From: TPA_inf: Saccharomyces
Lineage: Eukaryota
Direction of reading: 5' to 3'
DNA length: 64,000 bases
NCBI GenBank assembly: GCA_000146045.2
Contig: BK006941.2
Span: forward strand, 928,001-992,000
Part shown: positions 1-12,868 of the stretch, in pieces
Position numbering within the stretch: position 1 is the stretch's first letter
How the letters are laid out: each line of letters begins with the position of its first letter
The notes under the pieces: model-generated
Databases searched by the model: none
The model's input: the letters and a program-made list of their open reading frames with translations, nothing else
Told to the model about the DNA's origin: nothing
Position numbers and translations under genes: made by a program

Positions 1-2815
1 AAGGCTGAGAATGTTTGCTAATAATCCATTTTATAAAAATAGTGACGTTGTGTTTACAGAAACGAACGATATAAATGGGAGGACGTATATCTTGGAGTTG
101 AATGAGTACGAGGATGAGAAGCTAGATTATTTAAAAAAGTACCCTTTATTCAATTACTCATATTATTTCTTTTCTCCTCAGCATAGATTTCGAAGGTTCT
201 GTCAACGCTTGGTACCACCAAGCACTGGAAAAAGGACTGATGGATCACGATTTTTCGAGGATAGCACTGATCTATACAATAAAAGGAGCTATTTTCATCA
301 TATTGAAAGAGATGTATTTGTATTCATTTTCGCACTTGCCACCATTTTACTAATTGTTTGCTCATGTTATGTTACGCCTCTATATCGTATGCATCACAAG
401 ATGGGAACTTGGAATTGGTCCTCGGCGTTAGATTGCGCCTTCATTGGTGCCTTCTCAATTGAATTTATCGTGAAAACAGTAGCTGACGGATTTATATATT
501 CTCCAAATGCTTACCTGAGGAATCCATGGAACTTTATTGATTTTTGTGTCCTAATCTCAATGTGGATTAATTTAATTGCATACCTAAAAAACAATGGAAA
601 TTTGTCTAGGATTTTCAAGGGATTGACAGCCCTGAGGGCCCTCAGATGCCTCACGATCAGTAACACAGCTCGTCAAACATTTAACCTAGTTATGTTTGAT
701 GGTTTAAATAAAATTTTTGAAGCTGGGTTGATTTCACTCAGTTTGCTATTTCCATTTACAGTTTGGGGCTTAAGCATTTTTAAAGGCCGTTTAGGTACTT
801 GCAATGACGGAAGTTTGGGCCGTGCAGATTGTTACAATGAATATTCAAATTCCGTTTTTCAATGGGATATCATGTCTCCAAGGGTTTACCAGCAACCATA
901 TCTTCATTTGGACTCTTTCGCAAGCGCTTTTAGTTCATTATACCAAATCATTTCTTTGGAAGGATGGGTTGATTTGTTGGAAAATATGATGAATAGTTCA
1001 GGAATAGGTACACCCGCTACGGTAATGGGTTCAGCAGGGAATGCTTTATTCCTCGTTCTGTTTAATTTTTTAAGTATGGTTTTCATCCTGAACTTGTTTG
1101 TTTCATTCATTGTTAACAACCAAGCAAGGACAACAGGAAGCGCTTACTTTACCATTGAGGAAAAGGCGTGGCTGGAATCCCAGAAACTTTTATCTCAGGC
1201 CAAGCCAAAAGCTATCCCAAATTTAATTGAGTTATCAAGAGTTAGGCAATTTTTCTATCAACTTGCAGTGGAGAAAAAAAATTTCTACTACGCATCGTTT
1301 CTTCAGGTAGTACTTTATTTGCACATAATCATGCTCCTGAGTCGAAGCTACAATCCAGGAAACTTGATAGGTTATCAAGGTGTTTATTTTATGTTTTCCA
1401 CTAGTGTTTTTTTAATTCAAGAGGCACTTCACATGTGCGGTGAAGGACCAAGATTATATTTTAGGCAAAAATGGAACAGCATACGACTCAGTATCATAAT
1501 TATAGCCTTTATTATGAACGCTGTAGCATTCCACGTTCCAGCCTCTCACTATTGGTTCCACAATATAAAGGGGTTTTTCCTGTTAGTGATATTTTTGTTT
1601 ATTATTCCTCAAAATGACACACTAACTGAACTATTAGAAACCGCAATGGCAAGCTTACCGCCTATTCTATCATTGACCTACACTTGGGGGGTTTTATTTT
1701 TAGTATATGCTATTGCTTTGAATCAAATCTTCGGCCTAACAAGGTTAGGGAGTAATACGACCGATAACATAAATTTTAGAACTGTAATCAAATCCATGAT
1801 TGTTCTGTTTAGATGTAGTTTTGGTGAGGGCTGGAATTATATCATGGCCGACCTAACTGTGTCAGAACCTTATTGCTCCTCTGATGATAATTCAACCTAT
1901 ACGGACTGTGGATCAGAGACATATGCCTATTTGTTATTAATGTCGTGGAATATTATTTCCATGTATATTTTTGTGAATATGTTTGTTTCGTTGATTATTG
2001 GTAATTTCAGTTATGTTTACCGTAGCGGTGGATCTCGCTCTGGCATCAACAGATCGGAGATAAAAAAATACATTGAAGCTTGGTCCAAATTTGATACTGA
2101 TGGAACTGGCGAGCTTGAGCTGTCCTACCTCCCAAGAATAATGCATTCATTTGACGGTCCTCTTTCATTTAAAATTTGGGAAGGTAGATTGACAATAAAA
2201 AGTCTAGTCGAGAACTACATGGAGGTTAACCCAGATGATCCATATGACGTCAAAATAGACCTGATCGGACTGAACAAAGAGCTGAATACGATTGATAAAG
2301 CAAAGATCATACAGAGGAAGTTACAGTACAGAAGATTTGTACAAAGCATTCACTATACGAATGCTTATAATGGATGTATCAGATTCTCGGATTTGTTATT
2401 ACAAATACCTCTCTATACAGCTTATTCTGCAAGGGAATGTCTAGGTATTGATCAATATGTCCATCATCTATATATCCTGGGTAAAGTGGACAAGTACTTA
2501 GAAAATCAAAGAAACTTCGATGTATTGGAGATGGTGGTAACAAGATGGAAATTTCATTGCAGGATGAAACGTACCATTGAACCCGAATGGGATGTTAAAG
2601 ATCCCACAGTATCGTCTCACATTTCGAATATAAACGTAAATCTGGAACCTGCTCCAGGAATTTTAGAAAGAGAACCTATTGCGACACCTAGAATGGACTA
2701 CGGTGTTAACAATTTTATGTGGTCTCCGAGAATGAATCAAGACTCTACGATGGAGCCCCCGGAAGAACCAATAGATAATAATGACGATAGCGCAAATGAT
2801 CTAATTGATAGATAA
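1..2815 (+). CDS. CCH1: C-terminal ~935 codons of the voltage-gated Ca2+ channel alpha subunit CCH1/YGR217W; the 5' part lies before the window start.
   Basis: The ORF stays open in frame from the window start to the stop at 2813-2815. The translation shows repeated hydrophobic S5-S6-like segments and an arginine-containing S4-like motif (LRALRCLT), and the gene sits immediately upstream of CRM1 as in the reference order. Confidence 0.85.
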   Translation, partial: RLRMFANNPFYKNSDVVFTETNDINGRTYILELNEYEDEKLDYLKKYPLFNYSYYFFSPQHRFRRFCQRLVPPSTGKRTDGSRFFEDSTDLYNKRSYFHHIERDVFVFIFALATILLIVCSCYVTPLYRMHHKMGTWNWSSALDCAFIGAFSIEFIVKTVADGFIYSPNAYLRNPWNFIDFCVLISMWINLIAYLKNNGNLSRIFKGLTALRALRCLTISNTARQTFNLVMFDGLNKIFEAGLISLSLLFPFTVWGLSIFKGRLGTCNDGSLGRADCYNEYSNSVFQWDIMSPRVYQQPYLHLDSFASAFSSLYQIISLEGWVDLLENMMNSSGIGTPATVMGSAGNALFLVLFNFLSMVFILNLFVSFIVNNQARTTGSAYFTIEEKAWLESQKLLSQAKPKAIPNLIELSRVRQFFYQLAVEKKNFYYASFLQVVLYLHIIMLLSRSYNPGNLIGYQGVYFMFSTSVFLIQEALHMCGEGPRLYFRQKWNSIRLSIIIIAFIMNAVAFHVPASHYWFHNIKGFFLLVIFLFIIPQNDTLTELLETAMASLPPILSLTYTWGVLFLVYAIALNQIFGLTRLGSNTTDNINFRTVIKSMIVLFRCSFGEGWNYIMADLTVSEPYCSSDDNSTYTDCGSETYAYLLLMSWNIISMYIFVNMFVSLIIGNFSYVYRSGGSRSGINRSEIKKYIEAWSKFDTDGTGELELSYLPRIMHSFDGPLSFKIWEGRLTIKSLVENYMEVNPDDPYDVKIDLIGLNKELNTIDKAKIIQRKLQYRRFVQSIHYTNAYNGCIRFSDLLLQIPLYTAYSARECLGIDQYVHHLYILGKVDKYLENQRNFDVLEMVVTRWKFHCRMKRTIEPEWDVKDPTVSSHISNINVNLEPAPGILEREPIATPRMDYGVNNFMWSPRMNQDSTMEPPEEPIDNNDDSANDLIDR

Positions 2816-2939
2816 ATTATATAAGGGCATATTTAAGAGGCTTTATAGATGTAAAAATGAACAATAAGAATAATTTAAATTTGTTTTATTGAGAGGTGAT
2901 TTTCTAGAGCATGTCAAACTTTACTATTCAGGGAAAAAA

Positions 2940-2952
2940 GAAAAGAAAAAAA
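2940..2952 (-). terminator. RNA polymerase III terminator, a T-run immediately 3' of the tRNA-Gly gene.
   Basis: The minus strand reads TTTTTTTCTTTT directly after the tRNA 3' end (plus-strand A-run at 2941-2952). Confidence 0.8.
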
Positions 2953-3023
2953 TGCGCAAGCCCGGAATCGAACCGGGGGCCCAACGATGGCAACGTTGGA
3001 TTTTACCACTAAACCACTTGCGC
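2953..3023 (-). tRNA. tG(GCC): tRNA-Gly with anticodon GCC.
   Basis: The reverse complement reads GCGCAAGTGGTTTAGTGGTAAAATCCAACGTTGCCATCGTTGGGCCCCCGGTTCGATTCCGGGCTTGCGCA, 71 nt. It has the D-loop AGTGGTAA, the anticodon loop TTGCCAT (U33, GCC, A37) and the T-loop GGTTCGATTCC. There is no intron. Confidence 0.93.
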
Positions 3024-3170
3024 TTACTGATTATATCTTAATGGTTGAAGAGATCTGAATAAGTTTTATCTTCCTCTGGGCAAAGAATACTATACATTGC
3101 AAGAGTACCCATTAGAAGGGAATTAATTTATGCACTCTAAATCTTTTTTGATTATTCCGGATATTATTTT

Positions 3171-3540
3171 TGTTGATAATTAGAGGTAAAAAATAGTATT
3201 AATGAAGAAATAAGTATTGATCTTCTTATACTAAATAAGAGAGGTATATAAAACACACGCCGATTGGTCATATTAATCATGACCAATATAATAGTGATTC
3301 CGGTAGTTACTATACATTGATGTGACGACTCATATTCCTCATATATGTACCTACCATATCATGTTCAACTAATAGATTTTAAGCACAGCTTCAGTATTGT
3401 CTCAGCTTCTCGTTTAACATTCCTTCTGCAATAGGTGCAATCACACTTAAACGTATACGAGGTGTACATTAATATACGATGTAAGCATTATATTGTTACC
3501 ATAGCAACTCATGTCACTATTAATTACTCTCGTTCCAACA
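3171..3540 (-). mobile_element. Solo LTR, most likely a Ty4 tau element, about 150 bp upstream of the tRNA-Gly gene.
   Basis: A 370-bp element. On the minus strand it begins TGTTGGAACGAGAGTAATTAATAG and ends CAACA. It is flanked by a perfect 5-bp target-site duplication ATTTT (3166-3170 and 3541-3545). Its length matches tau (~371 bp), and the start sequence matches my recollection of the tau terminus. Confidence 0.6.
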
Positions 3541-3687
3541 ATTTTGTATTTGAAGCTTTAACGGGTGTTAAATGCACAGCCGATACGGCTCATCCGAAAA
3601 GTAACGCCAATTATATTAACAGCTTTTCCATTTATTTAGAATGGCGATACAACGGAAACATACGAATATGATAGTACTCAATTGTTG

Positions 3688-4019
3688 TGTTGGAATAAAA
3701 ATCCACTATCGTCTATCAACTAATAGTTATATTATCAATATATTATCATATACGGTGTTAAGATGATGACATAAGTTATGAGAAGCTGTCATCGATGTTA
3801 GAGGAAGCTGAAGTGCAAGGATTGATAATATAATAGGATAATGAAACATATAAAACGGAATGAGGAATAATCGTAATATTAGTATGTAGAAATATAGATT
3901 CCATTTTGAGGATTCCTATATCCTCGAGGAGAACTTCTAGTATATTCTGTATACCTAATATTATAGCCTTTATCAACAATGGAATCCCAACAATTATCTC
4001 ATCATTTACCCATTTCTCA
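3688..4019 (+). mobile_element. Solo delta element (Ty1/Ty2 LTR), about 665 bp upstream of the tRNA-Gly gene.
   Basis: It starts TGTTGGAATAAAAATCCACTATCGTCTATCAACTAATAG and contains TATCATATACGGTGTTAAGATGATGACATAAG, GGAATGAGGAATAATCGTAATATTAGTATGTAGAAATATAGATTCC and CCTATATCCTCGAGGAGAACTTCTAGTATAT. It ends ...ATGGAATCCCAACAATTATCTCATCATTTACCCATTTCTCA. The element is 332 bp and is flanked by the 5-bp direct repeat TGTTG (3683-3687 and 4020-4024). Confidence 0.9.
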
Positions 4020-4540
4020 TGTTGTGTACACATTATATACCTCCCAGTTACTGTCAATCCTCTCCTCTTATATCGTTTCAATACAAATAATATATTATGA
4101 AGGGCAATATTACATCATTACCCGGAGATATATACTATTTGGAATGATCTTTCTTTATAAGAAAAAAAAAGAATTTCGCAGATTTCCCTGGCTTTCCTTA
4201 TTCTTCCTACGTTAGCATTATTATGAATTATCGCTAATAGCAAAGGCAAAAAAGATTATCAACTGCAGGATATTCGGTCACAACTTTGACATAGATCTTG
4301 AGAACCTCAACACTATTCATTTCTCTGGCCTGATTATTTTAAGTAAAGTCAATCATTGTTAAGTTTTCTTTTGTTCTTTTCTATCATTCTCGCTCTTTCA
4401 ATTACTTACACCTACAATAATAGACGTTGACCTGTGAAAGGCAAGAAACTTAACTAATAGTATAATTAAGAAGAAGTTAACATTTTACTCTACATTATTG
4501 AAACCGCTCACTGACTTCAAAAATAGGATAAAAACATAAT

Positions 4541-7500
4541 ATGGAAGGAATTTTGGATTTTTCTAACGACTTAGATATCGCTCTATTAGATCAGGTGGTA
4601 TCTACATTCTATCAAGGTTCAGGTGTTCAGCAAAAGCAAGCCCAAGAGATTTTGACTAAATTTCAAGATAATCCAGACGCTTGGCAAAAAGCTGACCAAA
4701 TTCTTCAATTCTCAACTAACCCTCAATCAAAATTTATTGCCCTTTCCATCCTTGATAAATTAATTACTAGAAAATGGAAATTGTTGCCGAATGATCATAG
4801 AATTGGAATTAGGAACTTCGTTGTTGGTATGATTATCTCCATGTGCCAAGACGATGAAGTATTTAAAACACAAAAGAACCTGATCAATAAGTCGGACTTG
4901 ACTTTGGTCCAAATTTTAAAGCAGGAATGGCCTCAGAATTGGCCTGAATTTATCCCAGAACTAATCGGCAGTTCAAGTTCCTCTGTTAATGTTTGTGAAA
5001 ATAACATGATCGTTTTGAAACTGCTATCCGAAGAAGTCTTCGATTTCTCTGCGGAACAAATGACACAAGCTAAAGCTTTACATTTGAAAAATTCCATGTC
5101 AAAAGAATTTGAACAGATTTTTAAATTATGTTTTCAAGTTTTGGAACAAGGTTCTTCAAGCTCTCTAATAGTGGCAACCTTAGAATCTTTACTGAGATAT
5201 TTACATTGGATTCCTTATCGTTATATTTATGAAACCAATATTTTGGAATTATTAAGCACCAAATTCATGACATCGCCTGATACAAGAGCCATCACATTGA
5301 AATGTTTGACTGAGGTTTCAAATCTAAAAATTCCACAAGATAATGATTTGATAAAAAGACAAACTGTACTTTTTTTCCAAAATACTCTACAACAAATTGC
5401 CACAAGTGTGATGCCCGTGACTGCCGATCTGAAAGCCACTTATGCAAATGCTAACGGTAATGATCAATCTTTCTTACAAGATTTAGCAATGTTTCTAACT
5501 ACATATCTCGCTCGTAATAGGGCCCTTCTAGAGAGTGATGAATCGTTAAGAGAGTTGTTGTTGAATGCGCACCAATACTTAATTCAATTATCCAAAATCG
5601 AAGAAAGAGAACTATTTAAGACGACATTGGATTACTGGCATAATTTAGTAGCAGATTTGTTTTATGAGGTTCAGCGTTTGCCTGCTACCGAAATGAGCCC
5701 ATTGATACAGTTATCAGTCGGTTCACAAGCTATCTCAACTGGATCTGGCGCCCTAAATCCGGAATATATGAAAAGATTTCCATTAAAAAAACATATTTAC
5801 GAAGAAATTTGTTCACAGTTGAGATTGGTCATTATTGAAAATATGGTTAGACCAGAAGAAGTCCTTGTGGTTGAAAATGATGAAGGAGAAATTGTTAGAG
5901 AGTTCGTTAAAGAATCAGACACTATCCAATTATACAAATCAGAAAGAGAGGTTCTTGTATATTTGACCCATTTGAATGTTATCGATACAGAAGAAATCAT
6001 GATCAGTAAATTGGCAAGGCAAATCGATGGTTCCGAATGGTCATGGCATAATATCAACACTTTATCTTGGGCTATTGGTTCCATATCTGGTACAATGAGC
6101 GAAGATACTGAAAAAAGGTTTGTAGTTACTGTTATTAAAGATTTACTAGATTTAACGGTCAAGAAAAGGGGTAAAGATAATAAAGCTGTTGTTGCATCGG
6201 ATATTATGTACGTCGTGGGCCAATATCCTAGATTTTTGAAGGCTCACTGGAATTTTCTAAGAACAGTTATTTTGAAACTTTTTGAATTTATGCATGAAAC
6301 TCATGAGGGTGTTCAGGATATGGCATGTGACACATTCATTAAGATTGTTCAAAAATGTAAATATCATTTTGTTATTCAACAACCCCGTGAGTCTGAGCCT
6401 TTCATCCAAACAATAATTAGGGATATTCAAAAGACAACTGCTGACCTACAGCCGCAACAGGTCCATACATTTTACAAGGCTTGTGGTATTATTATTTCTG
6501 AAGAAAGAAGCGTAGCGGAGAGAAATAGATTATTAAGTGATTTGATGCAACTGCCAAATATGGCTTGGGACACTATAGTGGAACAATCCACTGCTAACCC
6601 AACATTGTTGTTAGATTCTGAAACTGTCAAAATTATTGCGAATATTATAAAAACCAATGTAGCTGTCTGCACCTCAATGGGAGCAGATTTCTATCCACAG
6701 TTGGGTCACATCTATTACAATATGCTTCAGCTATACAGAGCTGTTTCTTCGATGATTTCTGCTCAAGTTGCCGCAGAAGGTCTAATTGCTACGAAGACAC
6801 CAAAGGTTCGTGGTTTGAGAACCATCAAAAAAGAGATTCTGAAGCTTGTTGAGACCTATATATCCAAGGCGAGAAATTTGGATGATGTCGTTAAAGTGTT
6901 AGTTGAGCCATTATTGAACGCTGTACTTGAAGACTATATGAACAACGTTCCTGATGCAAGGGACGCCGAAGTGCTAAATTGTATGACAACAGTAGTAGAA
7001 AAGGTTGGTCATATGATCCCACAAGGTGTTATTTTAATTTTACAGAGTGTATTTGAATGCACTTTGGACATGATTAACAAAGACTTCACAGAATATCCAG
7101 AGCATCGTGTAGAATTTTACAAGTTATTGAAGGTCATCAATGAGAAATCATTTGCTGCATTTTTGGAACTACCTCCGGCTGCCTTTAAATTGTTTGTTGA
7201 CGCTATTTGTTGGGCGTTCAAACATAACAATAGAGATGTCGAAGTTAATGGTCTACAGATTGCATTAGACCTAGTGAAAAACATTGAAAGAATGGGAAAT
7301 GTCCCATTTGCAAATGAGTTCCACAAGAATTATTTTTTCATTTTTGTCAGTGAAACGTTTTTTGTTTTAACCGATTCCGACCACAAATCCGGTTTTTCTA
7401 AGCAAGCTTTGTTACTAATGAAGTTGATTTCTTTGGTTTATGATAACAAGATTTCGGTACCATTATATCAAGAAGCTGAGGTACCACAAGGAACTTCAAA

Positions 7501-7795
7501 TCAAGTCTACTTAAGCCAATATTTGGCTAATATGTTAAGTAATGCATTCCCCCATTTAACATCCGAACAAATCGCAAGTTTTCTCTCTGCATTAACTAAA
7601 CAATACAAAGACTTAGTGGTCTTCAAAGGCACTTTGAGGGACTTTTTGGTGCAAATCAAAGAAGTCGGAGGTGATCCAACAGATTATTTGTTTGCTGAAG
7701 ATAAAGAGAATGCATTAATGGAACAGAATAGACTAGAGAGGGAAAAAGCTGCCAAGATTGGTGGGTTATTAAAACCTTCCGAACTTGATGATTAG
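4541..7795 (+). CDS. CRM1: Exportin-1, the karyopherin CRM1/XPO1 (YGR218W), 1084 aa.
   Basis: Full-length ORF. The N-terminus [38 protein letters not shown] carries an importin-beta N-terminal domain, and HEAT-like repeats run throughout. The 1084-aa length matches the known protein. Confidence 0.95.
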   Translation: MEGILDFSNDLDIALLDQVVSTFYQGSGVQQKQAQEILTKFQDNPDAWQKADQILQFSTNPQSKFIALSILDKLITRKWKLLPNDHRIGIRNFVVGMIISMCQDDEVFKTQKNLINKSDLTLVQILKQEWPQNWPEFIPELIGSSSSSVNVCENNMIVLKLLSEEVFDFSAEQMTQAKALHLKNSMSKEFEQIFKLCFQVLEQGSSSSLIVATLESLLRYLHWIPYRYIYETNILELLSTKFMTSPDTRAITLKCLTEVSNLKIPQDNDLIKRQTVLFFQNTLQQIATSVMPVTADLKATYANANGNDQSFLQDLAMFLTTYLARNRALLESDESLRELLLNAHQYLIQLSKIEERELFKTTLDYWHNLVADLFYEVQRLPATEMSPLIQLSVGSQAISTGSGALNPEYMKRFPLKKHIYEEICSQLRLVIIENMVRPEEVLVVENDEGEIVREFVKESDTIQLYKSEREVLVYLTHLNVIDTEEIMISKLARQIDGSEWSWHNINTLSWAIGSISGTMSEDTEKRFVVTVIKDLLDLTVKKRGKDNKAVVASDIMYVVGQYPRFLKAHWNFLRTVILKLFEFMHETHEGVQDMACDTFIKIVQKCKYHFVIQQPRESEPFIQTIIRDIQKTTADLQPQQVHTFYKACGIIISEERSVAERNRLLSDLMQLPNMAWDTIVEQSTANPTLLLDSETVKIIANIIKTNVAVCTSMGADFYPQLGHIYYNMLQLYRAVSSMISAQVAAEGLIATKTPKVRGLRTIKKEILKLVETYISKARNLDDVVKVLVEPLLNAVLEDYMNNVPDARDAEVLNCMTTVVEKVGHMIPQGVILILQSVFECTLDMINKDFTEYPEHRVEFYKLLKVINEKSFAAFLELPPAAFKLFVDAICWAFKHNNRDVEVNGLQIALDLVKNIERMGNVPFANEFHKNYFFIFVSETFFVLTDSDHKSGFSKQALLLMKLISLVYDNKISVPLYQEAEVPQGTSNQVYLSQYLANMLSNAFPHLTSEQIASFLSALTKQYKDLVVFKGTLRDFLVQIKEVGGDPTDYLFAEDKENALMEQNRLEREKAAKIGGLLKPSELDD

Positions 7796-8034
7796 AGGCG
7801 GTGGCGTATCATTCTTTAAATTTCCAATATTTTTTCCCTTTTATTAACTAGTCTCTAATTTATAACCACGGGGTTTTCATTTCTTTTTCACTTCATATTG
7901 TATGTAAATTGGTTCTTCAAAGTTCCAATACTCTAATATAGTACTAAATACTATTTAGCCAACTTCATGGAAAAGTAAAGAATATTATTTGAAGATTCTT
8001 AAGTGATTACCCATTTTATTGTTATTATTGATGT

Positions 8035-8907
<873 letters not shown>

Positions 8908-9123
8908 TCAAAGAGTTGCCCTTTCTCGTCCCAGTTGTCAATTTATCGTCCATATATTTTTCAATAAAGTTCGTTTGACAAGGGATTACCCGAAAACAAA
9001 TATCTCGCGACTGTAATAGGAGAAATGGCATTAGCATTTCAATTAAGGAAAGAAGAGGATCATCGAGAAACGAATTTATGGTGCTTATTTACTGTTACAA
9101 CATTTCATGATTTTGAATTTTAT

Positions 9124-10992
9124 TTATACATGTACATTCTCGTACGGTGTTATTTCGTAATTATGGGATGTGCCCAGTTGCTTCCTTAAGTCTTCCGTAG
9201 AAGCTTTAAAAGGTAAGATTTCCCCCACACTAGGAGGCTGCAAGATGTCAGTGTCATCCAATAACCCACTAACACGGAAATTTATTGCATTTGACAACGT
9301 TGACGGCGGTTGTGATAAAGAAGATGATGTTGTAGTGGATGAGTTACCAGGGAGATATTGGGCCTTTATTAAATTTCTTAAAGATCCTGCAGGCTTATAG
9401 CGAGGTTTCATAGAAAGTTCTGATGGGTTGGTCATAACAACACTTTGTCTAAGCTGATATGGAAGGGGCGTACAAAATTGCTTTGTCAAAGATGTTGACG
9501 GTATTTTCGTAGGCGAACTGTAAAACATTTCAGGATGATCCATTGGATTCAACGCTGTCCCATTAAGCCTAGCTGTAGGTACATGTTTTAGTGTTTTTGG
9601 AGGTTTAGGCCTTCCTTTGAATGACGTCAAGGAATGCGAAGAGGTGGAATAAATGAATTGGGTAGGCGTGGGCAAATCTCCGATGTTCTCATAATTTTGA
9701 GGATGTTCTAACGGGAGGGGATAATTATAGTAGTAATTGTCATCATTGCTCTGGTTGCAGTGATCTATAAAATATGTAGAATATTGCTGAGCAGAAGTAA
9801 GATTTGACTGACCCGAACCCTCCGAAAGGGCCCGTACGGGAGCCTTTGCAGAGTGAATATGGTCCTTAGCGACCGTGTCAGAATATATTGATGAGGTAAT
9901 TCTCGTTGAAAGACCATTCGGTGGTGGGAATGTAAGAGATAGAGACGATTCGGGAATCACTTTTTCTCTGGTTGCTACTTCTGAATATACTGACGATGCA
10001 ATGTTTTTATTCTCTTGTGGTGCCGGCACTTGCAGATAATCAGTTGCATCTTCATATTCCTCATTGGCGCTGGAACTGGAATCAATTTCTTGGACAGTTG
10101 TACTTCCGAAGTGACTCTGTTCAATTAATGTAGTATCATTTGGATTGTCTTGAGAGCTCATATTTACACTTTTTCTTGTAGCGATGTTTAATTTAGAGTC
10201 ACGCCGTATCGAAGAAGTTACAGAGGATCGTATCGTGCTATTACTTTTCTCAAAATAAATGTTATAAATGCTTCTTATTCTGTCAATATTTTCTTCCTCC
10301 TCTCTCGAACACTGAGGCTCGAGCCCGCTACGACTCGTATAATTCGATTTAAGTCGATTATCGTTGTTATGGCTGGACTTTTCATTTACATCAGGATTTG
10401 ACGTACTATCACATCTTTGATCACAGTCTTGCCCAGTATTTGAGTGTTGTGGTGAAACAATCAGCTCAGAATTCTCTAACGATTCGAAAGAAATCTTATT
10501 CGAAAGGTCAATGTGCTTGGAGGGGACCGATAACTTGCTGTTATTCTGCGAAGCCAGTGAAGCAATATTATAAGCGGAGGGTGCATGCTCATTGATACGC
10601 CTCACATAATCTTTGAAAGATTGTGAGTTTTCGATTGACGGTTGCAAAAAATCGTCATAACCACCATAAATAAACCTCTTTTCTGTGGCATTGCTGTCTG
10701 AGTTTGCAGAATTCATAGAAGAATCCATCTTCGGTAAATAGTATAAATCGCCCTCAAAATTTGGGTCAAAATCCTGCATAGAAGGTTCTTTTTTGCATCT
10801 CCTATATACTACTATTAAAACGACGGATAGTACTATAATAATAGCACCAATGGGAACAGCAACGGCCACTGCAACAGTGACGTTAGATGAATCGGTTCTT
10901 TTCTGAAGAAATGTCAGTGATACGCGAGATTTGTCTGGTATAGCCTCTCTTTTTTGGCAAGAATTTTCTTTATAGCGGTAGTGACTAAACAT
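9124..10992 (-). CDS. TOS2: Ser/Thr-rich single-pass membrane protein TOS2 (YGR221C), 622 aa.
   Basis: Full ORF of 622 aa with one transmembrane segment (VAVAVAVPIGAIIIVLSVVLIVVY followed by RRCKK) near the N-terminus. The remainder is S/T/N-rich and disordered. Position and length match. Confidence 0.85.
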   Translation of the reverse strand: MFSHYRYKENSCQKREAIPDKSRVSLTFLQKRTDSSNVTVAVAVAVPIGAIIIVLSVVLIVVYRRCKKEPSMQDFDPNFEGDLYYLPKMDSSMNSANSDSNATEKRFIYGGYDDFLQPSIENSQSFKDYVRRINEHAPSAYNIASLASQNNSKLSVPSKHIDLSNKISFESLENSELIVSPQHSNTGQDCDQRCDSTSNPDVNEKSSHNNDNRLKSNYTSRSGLEPQCSREEEENIDRIRSIYNIYFEKSNSTIRSSVTSSIRRDSKLNIATRKSVNMSSQDNPNDTTLIEQSHFGSTTVQEIDSSSSANEEYEDATDYLQVPAPQENKNIASSVYSEVATREKVIPESSLSLTFPPPNGLSTRITSSIYSDTVAKDHIHSAKAPVRALSEGSGQSNLTSAQQYSTYFIDHCNQSNDDNYYYNYPLPLEHPQNYENIGDLPTPTQFIYSTSSHSLTSFKGRPKPPKTLKHVPTARLNGTALNPMDHPEMFYSSPTKIPSTSLTKQFCTPLPYQLRQSVVMTNPSELSMKPRYKPAGSLRNLIKAQYLPGNSSTTTSSSLSQPPSTLSNAINFRVSGLLDDTDILQPPSVGEILPFKASTEDLRKQLGTSHNYEITPYENVHV

Positions 10993-11922
10993 GGACGCTT
11001 TATAGCATCTAAAGTAGGGGAAGCACTATTTCTCACTTGCAGTTACTATGAAGTATATTTCGATCGCACAAGTTGCTTTACTATGCTATTGCAGCCTAAG
11101 ATAAAGGCAACAACCGATGAAACAAGAGTAAAGGGTATACTCTTTTATGCAAATGCTCCTTTACGCGACTGGTCATTATTGAACATCGAACACTTTCGAA
11201 TAGTTTAGTCTCAAATGTATCGAACGCGAAACTTTAAAAGCGCATTCTTGTTCTTTTTTCGCGACTTGCTCCTGTGATCGTCTTATTTCTGCTCCATATT
11301 ATCTATTCTTTACTTAAAGCTTCCTAAAAATGCAGTCAGGATAAAAGCAAATGCTTCAATGGAGTTAATATATATACCGAAACAAGAAAATGAGTTCTAT
11401 ATATTTGTTCCATGGACTCATGAATCAAATTTGTAGAAAAATAAAATAGAAAAGATAAACGCCCTCCTTACTCATTGAGAAAAAGGGCAGAAAAGTTCCA
11501 AAAAATATGGCAAGCCCACAGTAACGGACAGCTTTACCTGTTTCTATGGAGACAACACCCGGATGGTTCTGGTAAAAGGCAAGAACCATGTTCGTTATAA
11601 GTTCTATAGGCAATAAAAGGCCCACAGTTCTTGATGTTGACCTCCCTCCGCCATTGATCTGTAAAGCTGCTTGCAGGTTTTAAAACAAAAAGAAAGAAAA
11701 GTATTTTAAAATATATAGGAGGAAAGAAACATTTAACAAAAAGTCTTACTATGCGCTTTTTATACTGAGCACTCCGTTTCTACAAAATTTTCAATTTTTT
11801 TTTTCATATTCGTTAATCGTGATGAGAATACTAACACCACGAACTCAAATAGGAAGTTAACAATTTAGGGTAGGAGTGCCAGACTCTACCCATTATCCCT
11901 TTGTCATCGATGTAAAGCAGAT

Positions 11923-12804
11923 ATGAAGGCTTCTAGTAAAGCTATTAAATTAGTACTGGACCATCTGAAGTCCACGGGAAGAGTTCTTGGCTCCGTAGAG
12001 TCAGGAAATTCAGCAACAATAAGTGAGAAAACGGCATCTGTTAATAAGCAGCAGCAGTTGCAGGAAAAGAAACCTTCTGTCCTACAATATAGAAGCTACA
12101 ATCCATATTTAGTTAAGGAGGATTTCCTGTCAATTCTGCCAGAAAATTTGTATAAAAAGAGGGGACAATTTACAAATGAGCTTGACTTTCAGTTGATGAA
12201 AGTCAGGGACCCTAAATACTTCCAGTTCAAGGATCAGTATTACTTGTTTTTTAATGATTATAACTCGCTTACTGAGTATATCAAATTAACAAAACACTCG
12301 CGAATAAACAAGATCAGGGTGAAAATGACGCCATTGGCGCAACCCTTGCCAACCCTGTTAACAAAATTACAAAGATATTCAAAAAATCTATATAACGCAT
12401 TCCGATCATCTGAGCAATATTTTGAGGGACTAAACGAAAAAGTCGATGTTAGTGGAGAGTTCACTACCAATCAGTTACGGAGTATCCTTGATTCGGTGGA
12501 AGAAATAGAAAATAAGTCCGTATTAGTCTGGAATATACCCACTAAATTACGGTCGCACGATATATTGAATTATTTTTGGTTTTACAACATAAGGTCTAGC
12601 TTCAAGATATACTGGGATGATGAAATGAAAAGAAATCTACGATTTATATCTTTCGAAAACTCGCATGACGCCTACCGCTTTAAAAGAAACTATCATGGAT
12701 TATTGGCTAAAGAGCTATTGACCCTGTCAGAAAAGGGAGATGCAGCTGACTATTCGCTCGAAATGGACGATTCCAAAATATTAATTGAACATCTTAGTGA
12801 ATGA
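11923..12804 (+). CDS. PET54: Mitochondrial COX3 mRNA translational activator and group I intron splicing factor PET54 (YGR222W), 293 aa.
   Basis: Full ORF whose length and position match. It is divergent from TOS2. Confidence 0.85.
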   Translation: MKASSKAIKLVLDHLKSTGRVLGSVESGNSATISEKTASVNKQQQLQEKKPSVLQYRSYNPYLVKEDFLSILPENLYKKRGQFTNELDFQLMKVRDPKYFQFKDQYYLFFNDYNSLTEYIKLTKHSRINKIRVKMTPLAQPLPTLLTKLQRYSKNLYNAFRSSEQYFEGLNEKVDVSGEFTTNQLRSILDSVEEIENKSVLVWNIPTKLRSHDILNYFWFYNIRSSFKIYWDDEMKRNLRFISFENSHDAYRFKRNYHGLLAKELLTLSEKGDAADYSLEMDDSKILIEHLSE

Positions 12805-12868
12805 ATAACTTGAATCTTGTACGTAAATGCACACTTTCTCTATACATATATATATATTTATATTCATG

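Noticed and set aside
4020-4230. Possible third LTR fragment immediately downstream of the delta element.
   Set aside because: It is AT-rich with a T-tract, but I cannot identify TG…CA termini, a TSD or similarity to delta, sigma or tau sequences I can recall. It is mentioned only as a possibility within the Ty hotspot finding.
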